A stretch of 64,000 nucleotides of DNA from a virus, in IMG/VR virus record IMGVR_UViG_3300010413_000023, positions 4,191-68,190 of that record; one strand, written 5' to 3'. Position 1 is the stretch's first letter. The number at the start of each line of letters is the position of its first letter. Position numbers and translations under genes: made by a program. This document shows, piece by piece, positions 56,289 through 64,000 of the stretch. The notes beneath the pieces are model-generated. The model saw only the letters and a list, made by a program, of their open reading frames with translations, searched no databases and had not been told where the DNA came from.

Positions 56289-57070
56289 GCTGGCCCACAC
56301 GCTTTCAGGTAGTCGTGTGCCCTGCCCACGAGATGCGCCCAGGGCGCGTGTACCACGCCCGGGCCAATCGGAAACAGGATTTGCGGCCCGTTCTCGCCAA
56401 GTGGCGAATTGATGTACTTGCCGCTCATACCCACCTCTGCAAGCCCCGGATTGACGTTTTCTGGATGCCAACCGTATGCCTCAAAAAAGCGAATGTGCGC
56501 CACGTATGGCTGCGTAGACACAATGTACGTGTCTCGCGGGCCATAGGGATTGTTAAGGCACCAGTCACGAATCAGGCGATACCACATATACGAACCCCCA
56601 CAGCGGGGCAGATTGTAATCCACGACGCAGCCGTTGTTGCCCGGCACGCGATAGGACAGGCGAACAAAGCCGACCTCGGTGTGTGCGTCCAATACGTCCA
56701 CCATCGGGCGGAGATCCAACTCACGGAACAGCGCCCAATCGTCGAAAACTAAGGCGTGTATGTCCGCGCCTTGCTCTTTGGCGAACTTGATGCCGACGTT
56801 GATGTTCCCGCCGGTATTGAACGTGCCGGGCGCGGTGTTCATCGCGTGCGCCGTTATGTCTGGAGCAAATTCAGCAAACCGGGCCTTGAGCACCTCGACG
56901 TGATCGCGCCCTGTGTCGTCATCCGTCTGCCCGCTGCCATCGTCGCAAATGTGAAAGTGCAGGTTGGGGTATTTGAGATACCGTTCCAGACTTTCAATCG
57001 TCGCCAGTGACGCGGCGGTGCGTTTATAGGTTGCAAAGAGAACCCAAACGGGTGGCCAGTTGTTAGACAT
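56285..57070 (-). CDS. GT-A (GT2-like) glycosyltransferase
   Basis: ATYKR, ICDDGS, N.N.G, FDDW. Confidence 0.75.
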   Translation of the reverse strand: MSNNWPPVWVLFATYKRTAASLATIESLERYLKYPNLHFHICDDGSGQTDDDTGRDHVEVLKARFAEFAPDITAHAMNTAPGTFNTGGNINVGIKFAKEQGADIHALVFDDWALFRELDLRPMVDVLDAHTEVGFVRLSYRVPGNNGCVVDYNLPRCGGSYMWYRLIRDWCLNNPYGPRDTYIVSTQPYVAHIRFFEAYGWHPENVNPGLAEVGMSGKYINSPLGENGPQILFPIGPGVVHAPWAHLVGRAHDYLKACGPA

Positions 57071-57294
57071 CTTGCGCCTTCTTTAATTTATCTATTGGGA
57101 AATCGGGCAATCGGATTGTTTTGCCACAAGCTCCACAGTCAAAGCAGGCACACAAATCCTCCGTTTCGCCAGCGTAGAAACAGGCAAAATTGCCAACCCG
57201 TAAATCGCTCTCGTCAATTTCTAGCAGAGCGTCACAGTATTGGCACCTTATCGTTGTTCTAAAAACGCTTGGCAGTTCAAGTATTTTCATTCCC

Positions 57295-57807
57295 TTACAC
57301 TTTCCTTTCCCATCGCTCACCCTTGTCGGGCGGCTCGTGTGTTCGTGAAATCTCGGCGCACAGTCGCGCCTTTTGCTCCGGCTCGTCGCCATTCCAGACG
57401 ATCCGCAATTCTCTCACCTGTCGCATCCGGTCACAGTCGAGCATCTGTGTCAAAATTTCGTACTCGCTGCCGTTGCAGTCCAGGTACAGCAGGTCAACCT
57501 CGGCAATGTGGGCATAGACGAACCAGTGATTCATCGACACAACCGTGCAACCCTCGCTCGGCTCACCGCTGCCGTGCAGCGTCGCGCTCGAACCATTGCA
57601 CAGATGCAACGTGTCCGGCCGGTCGTTGCCGCCGATAGCGAATGGTAGAAGCGTCACGTTGTCAAGCCCTTCCAGCCGCTTGAATGCGATGCCCCGCATC
57701 GTCGTTGACGGCTCGAATGTCTGGACGATGACGCCGGGGGCTTGCGCTGCCTGCCATGCCCACGAACCATCGCCCGAGCCGACTTCGAGAATAAGACGGC
57801 TATCCAT
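57295..57807 (-). CDS. FkbM-like methyltransferase
   Basis: LEVGSGDG, FEPS, LYLDCNGSEYEIL. Confidence 0.75.
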   Translation of the reverse strand: MDSRLILEVGSGDGSWAWQAAQAPGVIVQTFEPSTTMRGIAFKRLEGLDNVTLLPFAIGGNDRPDTLHLCNGSSATLHGSGEPSEGCTVVSMNHWFVYAHIAEVDLLYLDCNGSEYEILTQMLDCDRMRQVRELRIVWNGDEPEQKARLCAEISRTHEPPDKGERWERKV

Positions 57808-58258
57808 CTATCACCACACTTTCCATGATCCGCTTTTCCTCGGCCTCCCAAATTCGCAGCCTCATCGCCGAACTAGACCAATTATGCTGCCGTTCGTGCC
57901 AATGGATGCGTTTTGCCGCGTCGGGGGCCGTGATCTGCTTTCCCTTCCAGTCGCTGCCGATGATCCGCACGTCCGGCTGTAAGTCCTCAAGGATCGCCTC
58001 AAGTTCGGCTTCGGTGTTGTAGACCTTGATGTCAGCCACGTACTTGATGGCCTGGAGCACCATAATGCGCTCGTCGATGGTTTGCACCGGCTCGTTTTTG
58101 TCGGGCCGTTCGTACTGCGGGTTGGCGTGCAGGCCCACAACAAGGATGTCGCACTGCCCTGCCGCATCGGCCAGCATCAGGATGTGGCCGGGGTGCAAAC
58201 AGTCAAAGGCTCCACAGGTGAACCCGACGACAGGGACCGCAAATGCCACGCTTCCCAT
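57800..58258 (-). CDS. Cytidylyltransferase-family nucleotidyltransferase (TagD/HldC-like)
   Basis: GAFDCLHPGH (HxGH), LVVGL, K..PVQ...ER, GSDW, SSSAMR. Confidence 0.85.
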   Translation of the reverse strand: MGSVAFAVPVVGFTCGAFDCLHPGHILMLADAAGQCDILVVGLHANPQYERPDKNEPVQTIDERIMVLQAIKYVADIKVYNTEAELEAILEDLQPDVRIIGSDWKGKQITAPDAAKRIHWHERQHNWSSSAMRLRIWEAEEKRIMESVVIDG

Positions 58259-58926
58259 GCTCCGTGGTTCCACGTCATCTCGTGAGTCTTGGCAAGCGCA
58301 CCTTGTATCCCCACCTGAATCGCATTCGCATTTTCCACGACACTGTGCCATTGTAGCATTATCCTCTCTATTCGCCGGATCAAACCCGATCCGATCACGT
58401 ATGGTAAAAGCTCGAACTCCATCCCCTCGATATTGATCGCCGCCAGGGCAATGCGCTCGATCTTTTCCCGTTCGATAAACTCGCGGACGTTGACGATCTC
58501 GGCGTCCCGGCCCGTCTGTCCACCGTATTTCCCGCCTGGTATGAATGACGCCCCGTCCCGCTGATCGTCGTACAGTTTGAACGTGCCCGACGTGACGCCC
58601 AGCCCGAAATTGTGCAAGTGGACGTTCTCGAATTTGCCCAGCCGCCCCTTGGCGACATTGTATGCCCGCACTGCTGGCTCGAATCCGTGATAAACGCACC
58701 CTGGGTACTTTTTCACCATCCGGCTGATCCATTCGCCCTCGTATGAACCGACATCGAACACGACATCGCCGGGGGCCAGTTCGTCCCAGACGCAATACCG
58801 CGTGTTCTCGCCGTCGCATTCATACCAGCCGCCTGACCATACGTACCACTCAGGCCACGTCGGATCTCGCTTTTTCCAGAGCTTTAGTTTAGCTTGCGTT
58901 TCTGGAGCGATACCAGTTGATGACAT
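58177..58926 (-). CDS. FkbM-like methyltransferase
   Basis: FDVGSYEG, GFEP, INIEGMEFELL. Confidence 0.8.
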   Translation of the reverse strand: MSSTGIAPETQAKLKLWKKRDPTWPEWYVWSGGWYECDGENTRYCVWDELAPGDVVFDVGSYEGEWISRMVKKYPGCVYHGFEPAVRAYNVAKGRLGKFENVHLHNFGLGVTSGTFKLYDDQRDGASFIPGGKYGGQTGRDAEIVNVREFIEREKIERIALAAINIEGMEFELLPYVIGSGLIRRIERIMLQWHSVVENANAIQVGIQGALAKTHEMTWNHGAWEAWHLRSLSSGSPVEPLTVCTPATS

Positions 58927-59857
58927 TTTCCAGCCCTTCCTCAAGTGCCACCTGATACTTCCAGCCCAGAGCATTTGCCTTGTGCGAATCGGTGCGCCTG
59001 CTCACATCGCCCGTCGTGCTGTTACAATCTATCGTTACATCTGCTTTACTACCCGTGTACGCATAGATCAGTTCCGCCAGCCGCCCGATGGTAACTTGAG
59101 TCTCGCCGTTCGTGCCCAGGTTGTATGCCTGTCCACATTCGCCGTGTTCTGCTACAGCCATCATACCCCGCGCACCATCGTCGGCATAGAGAAATTCACG
59201 CTTTTGCACGCCACCCCAAACGGTGAACTTGTCCAATGTCAGGCACTTTTTAATCAGCGCCGGGATGACGTGGGCTCGTTCGTCGAAATAGTCGCGGACG
59301 CCGAATAAATTGGTGGGCCGCACAATGCACCACCTGGTATTGGTTTCCTCGAATGACCACTCACACACGCGCTCACCCATCCGCTTGGCCCAGGCATAAC
59401 CGGCGTTTGCCGGTTCTGGTTCGCCCTCGTGCCCGAATGCCTCGTGTGCCGGGTTGTTGTGTTCGCCCGAATACACACACACGCTCGACACCTGGACGAA
59501 CACGGGAATGTTACGCTGTGCCGCGACCACCGCCGGGATCGTCTGGAGCTGCACGTTTTTGTAGAACTGTGAGGTGTGGTTGCTCTGGTTGAAATAGACG
59601 CCCCCGACTGCCGCCGCCAGGTTGAATACCGCAAATGGGTTAAGCTTATGATAGGAAAACATTTCCATCCAGTTTGGATAATAGGACGCATCACCCACGT
59701 AGTACTCGCACCCAGCCACGCGATACGTGCCCCTGGATTCGTCATCAAAGCCGAACACTTGCGCGCCCTCGTTGCGTAGAAACTCGCAGAGACGGCTGCC
59801 GACCATGCCCATTGCGCCGGTGACGATGACTTGGTTTGCGTTCCAAAAGTCAGACAT
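58889..59857 (-). CDS. NAD-dependent epimerase/reductase (GDP-L-fucose synthase-like)
   Basis: VTGAMGMVG, NLAAAVGG, SSVCVY, YAWAK, HVIPALI, REFLYADD. Confidence 0.85.
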   Translation of the reverse strand: MSDFWNANQVIVTGAMGMVGSRLCEFLRNEGAQVFGFDDESRGTYRVAGCEYYVGDASYYPNWMEMFSYHKLNPFAVFNLAAAVGGVYFNQSNHTSQFYKNVQLQTIPAVVAAQRNIPVFVQVSSVCVYSGEHNNPAHEAFGHEGEPEPANAGYAWAKRMGERVCEWSFEETNTRWCIVRPTNLFGVRDYFDERAHVIPALIKKCLTLDKFTVWGGVQKREFLYADDGARGMMAVAEHGECGQAYNLGTNGETQVTIGRLAELIYAYTGSKADVTIDCNSTTGDVSRRTDSHKANALGWKYQVALEEGLENVINWYRSRNAS

Positions 59858-60230
59858 TTGATAACCTTTCTATTGGCGGCACGATGTCGCGTTTCCAGTT
59901 CAGTGTGAATTCAACTTCGAGAATCTCCACTGTTGTCGTCTTAGAGTGCTGATTCAGGATATAGCCGAACAACTGGAATTGCATAAACCGAACACTGAGG
60001 CCTGCGTCAGATTTGAATACCTCGACAGCTCGCAACCCCAACAAGTGCAAGATAAAGTGCCTCGCCGGTCTATTAGACCACTCAGGCGACATACAGGCAC
60101 CTGCGGAAATTTGTTGCCATGTGATTTTGAATAGATAAAACGACTCTGTCCTATGGTGGGAATATTGATACAAAAGCCGATGCGTCCACCACAGAGCAAT
60201 AATCAAAAAGTAAGTCCAAAAGTCAGACAT
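59850..60230 (-). CDS. Hypothetical protein (inserted ORF)
   Basis: Bounded by 17-bp direct repeats; AT-richer. Confidence 0.4.
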   Translation of the reverse strand: MSDFWTYFLIIALWWTHRLLYQYSHHRTESFYLFKITWQQISAGACMSPEWSNRPARHFILHLLGLRAVEVFKSDAGLSVRFMQFQLFGYILNQHSKTTTVEILEVEFTLNWKRDIVPPIERLSNV

Positions 60231-60428
60231 TGTTCCAACTTTCTAGATAATAAACTTCTCTGTTGAGGAAAGCGGCATTGTCAAGCATGTGCTGTTCGTC
60301 ATCCACAACCAGATCCCTTGAATTATCAAATATCTTTTGTAACGCTTCCTGGTGTGGTTCCATTCTTTCCCGATTGATGATGGCTAGACGCCAACCGCCT
60401 CGGCACTTACGTATTCCAAACACGTCTT

Positions 60429-61595
60429 TCATTCCTTCACACTTTCTAGGATAGCCTCTGCCATCCGCTTGAGTTGCAATTGTGTCAGGTACTGGTGGCA
60501 CCCGACATAAAAACCTTGACTCCCGATATACTCGGCAATGGGTAGCATTCCTTCATATCGCCGCTTGTACTCTGAGTATGCGGGCTGTTGCAGCGGAATG
60601 CACCCAAACGACGGGCGCGCCTCGACGCCTGCGGCTTCCAGCGTGACAATCAGCTTGTCCCTGTTGCCGTTCTTGAGCACCATCGGGTACACCATCGGCA
60701 CATCGCCGTCACGAAACGAGGGCAGTTGCAGCTTGTCCTGTGCGTCCTGTAGCAAGTTCGTCAATGTCGTCGCGTTCGCCTTGCGATGGGCAATGTTCTC
60801 GGTCGCCTTGTTGAGCTGCACGCGGGCCAGTGCCGCGCTCCATTCCATTGGCTTGAAATTGTAGCCCACGAACTGCGCCAGGAAACGCGGATCGCCGTCT
60901 TTGAGTCGCGGGCAGCCCGTCGTTGAACGTGTGCAGGTCTTACAGGTACACATGCGCCCGTGGGCGCGGAGCTGTTTGGCCACCCTGGCAATGTCGGCAT
61001 TATCCGTCACCAATGCGCCCAACTCGCCCGCCTGGATGGTGTGGGCAATGTAGAACGAGAACGCGCCCCAGGTTGACAATGTGCCAGCTTTCAAGCCCTT
61101 GACGAGCGTGCCGTGTGCCTCACACGCATCCTCGCACAGGACACCGCGCCCGTTGCGCCAGCGGATCGCATTGTTGAGAGCGTCCATGTTAGCAGCGAAC
61201 CCGAACAGGTGAACGGGTAGAATCGCATCGGCGTCGTTGAACGTCACATAATCGGCTTGCATCGTGTACGTGTGCCTGTCAATGTCGGCGAACAACGGTT
61301 CCATTCCGCACAACTTGACGGCGTTGGCTGTGGCGACGAACGTCAGCGCGGGTATGAGCACCCCGGCCCCTTCCGGCACCCAGCCCAGGTATTCGAGCGT
61401 CTTGAGTCCCACCATCAGCGCAGCCGTGCCGCTGGATAGGGCAACCGCGTGCTTGACGCCCAGCCACGCCGCAAACTCCTCCTCAAACGCCCGCACCTCT
61501 TTGCCTTCCGAGATGCGTCCCGAATCCATTACACGTATAATGGCGTCACGTTCAGACTGCCTGAATTGAAAGTCACCGATTGGTATGCGTTCCAT
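60429..61595 (-). CDS. DegT/DnrJ/EryC1/StrS PLP-dependent sugar aminotransferase/dehydratase
   Basis: FEEEFA..LGVKHA..SSGTAAL, TFVATAN, EDACEAHG, FSFYIAH, GYNFK; His at the usual PLP-lysine position as in E1/ColD-type dehydratases. Confidence 0.88.
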   Translation of the reverse strand: MERIPIGDFQFRQSERDAIIRVMDSGRISEGKEVRAFEEEFAAWLGVKHAVALSSGTAALMVGLKTLEYLGWVPEGAGVLIPALTFVATANAVKLCGMEPLFADIDRHTYTMQADYVTFNDADAILPVHLFGFAANMDALNNAIRWRNGRGVLCEDACEAHGTLVKGLKAGTLSTWGAFSFYIAHTIQAGELGALVTDNADIARVAKQLRAHGRMCTCKTCTRSTTGCPRLKDGDPRFLAQFVGYNFKPMEWSAALARVQLNKATENIAHRKANATTLTNLLQDAQDKLQLPSFRDGDVPMVYPMVLKNGNRDKLIVTLEAAGVEARPSFGCIPLQQPAYSEYKRRYEGMLPIAEYIGSQGFYVGCHQYLTQLQLKRMAEAILESVKE

Positions 61596-61871
61596 CTCTA
61601 TCGCCTTTCTAGTTTTACCGGAGCACGTACACGACGCGATAAAATCCTTTGTCAATTTCCCCTCAAGCGTTTGGCCTTTATGCCTGAAACGTGAAACCCT
61701 TGAGTAAACGTTTCGATCTCCATTCGAGGGGCATTGCGTAACGCCTTTTCAATTAAACACAATACTGTTTCTGCGTCTACCACGACAATCTGATCTCCAT
61801 TGTCTGTACGTGTCAATATCAGGTTGCCACGCTCATTGATACTCATTTCGTGTTTGCCATATAGGTTCATC

Positions 61872-62405
61872 TTACTTCCTTTCTAACACCTTGACTTCCC
61901 TAACCTTTGCCAGCCGTTCCGGTTCCCATTGCGCCAGTCCGACGTTCTTTTTGACGGCGTACCACTGGCATCCGGCTGCGCGAGCTGCGAGCATGTCGCT
62001 CTCGCTGTCGCCAATGAACAGGCATTCGCGCAAGTCGAGATGGTGTGCTATGGCGAGACGGTACAATAGGCCGGGGCGCGGCTTGCGGCAATAACAGCCG
62101 TCGCTCTCAAGGTGCGGGCACCAGACGAATGAGTTGATCATCGCCCCTGAGACGGCAAGCATTCCCGTCAAGGTTTCGTTGACTTCCTCAACGTCCTGAT
62201 TGGTACACAACCCCTTGCCAACACATTGCTGATTTGTTGCCACGCAGACGAGCCACCCGGCCTCGTTTATGGCCCTGATGCGATCCGCCACGCTGGGCAG
62301 GATTTCGATCTGCTCCGGTTTGGTGACGTACTCGCCGTCTACCTGTTTGATCAATGTGCCGTCGCGGTCGAGAATAACGGCGCGATTACGTATCGAACCT
62401 GTCAC
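61872..62405 (-). CDS. gmhB: D,D-heptose 1,7-bisphosphate phosphatase (HAD IIIA)
   Basis: LDRDGTL, ATNQ, CPH...CYCRKPRPG, IGDSESD. Confidence 0.85.
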   Translation of the reverse strand: MTGSIRNRAVILDRDGTLIKQVDGEYVTKPEQIEILPSVADRIRAINEAGWLVCVATNQQCVGKGLCTNQDVEEVNETLTGMLAVSGAMINSFVWCPHLESDGCYCRKPRPGLLYRLAIAHHLDLRECLFIGDSESDMLAARAAGCQWYAVKKNVGLAQWEPERLAKVREVKVLERK

Positions 62406-62605
62406 GGTATCGCCCCCTTTCAAATCGACAACAAGAGAAGTTATGTTTTGTTGCCAGTCCAGCATTACCGTCGTCATTTCCTACAGCATAGGCAATGGAG
62501 CCTGGCAATGGGCCTCGCTGAAATAGATTTTGGCAGAGATAGCATGCCCCGTGTGTCTTTGTTAGGTCAATCCAGTGTTTGCAATTTCCACAACACTTTT
62601 CGTCC

Positions 62606-63535
62606 TCAACAGTAGACATCTTTTACCCCATATCTTTCTACCCTAAACGGGATTTCGGTCAACCCAAGTGCATCGATCACGCCTTGCCTATCATCGGGCT
62701 TGACGAGAAAGAACCAACAGCCCCCACCACCCGCGCCCAGCAGTTTGCCGCCGAGAGCACCAGCTTCGCGGGCCGCGTCGTACTGTGCGTCCAGCGTCTT
62801 CGAGCCAACCCCGCCAATCACCCTTTTGAGTTCCCATCCGGTATGGAGGAACCCGCCAAGCATTTCCACACTGATGCCGTCTAGCCGTGCCTCGACATAA
62901 TCCGCCAGGTCGTGCAGCCGTCGCAAATGACCGGTTGACTTTTTCCATGTCTTGAGAATGGTGTCAGCCGGTCGCGTCAATCCGGTATACAACAACAGGC
63001 CGCACTGTTCGACTATGGCGACAAGCGCGGGCGGGACGGGTTTCGCCGTCGCCCTGCCAAACGTGTCGATGTGGTAGACGTTGAATCCGCCGAACGTCGC
63101 GGGCAAGTGATCTTGTACGCCACAGTTGCTCACCTGCGACTCGATCAGGTAGGCATTGCGGGCCAGTTCCGCCCGGTGCCCGGCACGGTCACTCCTGAAC
63201 AGTTCATAGACGCACACGGCAAGGGCAGATGACGAACCCAGGCCCGTACCCTTTGGCAGGTCCGACACAATGGACAGCGTGCAGGGGTCGAGATCGCCAT
63301 AGTCGAGTGCGGCCTGCTGGATAATCGTGTGCTGTGCAGTTGTTAAAGAGCCAAGTTCCTCGACAATACTGTATGATAACCGATAGCCGCCCGTGGGCCT
63401 CGGATTGTGTACGAGATAGATGTGGCGGTTGATTGCCATAGAGATGATCGTCGCGCCGTAGTGCTCGTAATATTCTGGTAAATCACAACCCCCGCCGAAC
63501 AATGACACGCGGAGGGGGGCTTTTATAATTCGCAT
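62606..63535 (-). CDS. hddA: GHMP kinase, D-glycero-alpha-D-manno-heptose-7-phosphate kinase-like
   Basis: APLRVSLFGGGCD, PKGTGLGSSS, GVQD, GGKLLGAGGGG. Confidence 0.85.
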   Translation of the reverse strand: MRIIKAPLRVSLFGGGCDLPEYYEHYGATIISMAINRHIYLVHNPRPTGGYRLSYSIVEELGSLTTAQHTIIQQAALDYGDLDPCTLSIVSDLPKGTGLGSSSALAVCVYELFRSDRAGHRAELARNAYLIESQVSNCGVQDHLPATFGGFNVYHIDTFGRATAKPVPPALVAIVEQCGLLLYTGLTRPADTILKTWKKSTGHLRRLHDLADYVEARLDGISVEMLGGFLHTGWELKRVIGGVGSKTLDAQYDAAREAGALGGKLLGAGGGGCWFFLVKPDDRQGVIDALGLTEIPFRVERYGVKDVYC

Positions 63536-63549
63536 ACCCCCGAACCTTT

Positions 63550-63891
63550 CTAGAGATCGTATTCCTCAAGGGCATCGTTGAGCCAACTAACAAGATGACG
63601 TAAATCTTGCGAGCTAATGGCATCGAATGCAAAATAGCTATGATCAAACGAGATGCTCCGATTTCCGCCGTCATTCGGGTGGAATGCAAACCGGGGCTTC
63701 TCCTTTTTTGGCGCTTCGGGCAATGGCATCCAATGGGTTGCAGCCTTGCCAGAAACGTTTTCTTTGTCACCGACAAAAGTTTCGCCGTTCCACAGTTGTA
63801 TCGCCGACGTATCGTCTTCGTACAGAACGAGAACGTTCGCCGTCTCGCTTTTACTCGGCAACCTGTCGTTGATTCTGATCCACCAGCTCAT
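63550..63891 (-). CDS. DUF551-like phage protein
   Basis: WIRINDRLP...THWMPLPEAP. Confidence 0.7.
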   Translation of the reverse strand: MSWWIRINDRLPSKSETANVLVLYEDDTSAIQLWNGETFVGDKENVSGKAATHWMPLPEAPKKEKPRFAFHPNDGGNRSISFDHSYFAFDAISSQDLRHLVSWLNDALEEYDL

Positions 63892-64000
63892 TTTTAACCT
63901 TTCTAGTTGATGGTGCGGGCACCACCAAGCACCCGCACCACGCAAACAAACAACAAAACGATACTGTTACCTGAAATAGTAGGACGTAACAGCGGCCCTT

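Larger units (their letters stand above)
1..64000. mobile_element. Tailed phage/prophage genome segment
   Basis: Terminase, portal, tail, tape measure, holin and replication modules; no host housekeeping genes seen. Confidence 0.93.

Noticed and set aside
1-64000. tRNA genes, integrase, major capsid protein
   Set aside because: None recognised by eye; they may lie outside the window, and a tRNAscan/HMM run would be needed to exclude them.

Overview
The window is a 64-kb segment of a tailed (siphovirus-like) phage or prophage. Nearly all genes are on the minus strand, and the segment looks circularly permuted because the major capsid gene is not in view. The host may be Chloroflexota, an inference from the Pro/Thr-linker secreted proteins and the repeat type. 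From left to right: neck/virion proteins, HNH, head morphogenesis, portal, terminase (0-10 kb); glycoside-hydrolase-like and holin-like lysis region (11-16.5 kb); replication/recombination and many small early ORFs with strong sigma70 promoters (17-34 kb); tail and head-tail genes (36.8-48.7 kb); and a ~15-kb heptose/nucleotide-sugar biosynthesis, methyltransferase and glycosyltransferase cluster (49-63.5 kb). Three features stand out. (1) The only convincing plus-strand gene is a catalytically intact 396-aa TnpB/Cas12f-like nuclease with no tnpA or cas1/2 in view. It is followed by an omegaRNA-like segment that ends in an inverted copy of a CRISPR repeat, then a 5-repeat/4-spacer array with I-E-like geometry. 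The spacers carry -35-like motifs and partly match the nuclease's own promoter region. (2) A ~195-nt non-coding element mimics the uL11-binding GTPase-associated centre of 23S rRNA and is flanked by twin hairpin repeats. (3) The glycosylation cluster adjoins the virion genes, and two of its enzymes share a small putative docking domain. All protein calls come from motif recognition by eye; no database searches were run.
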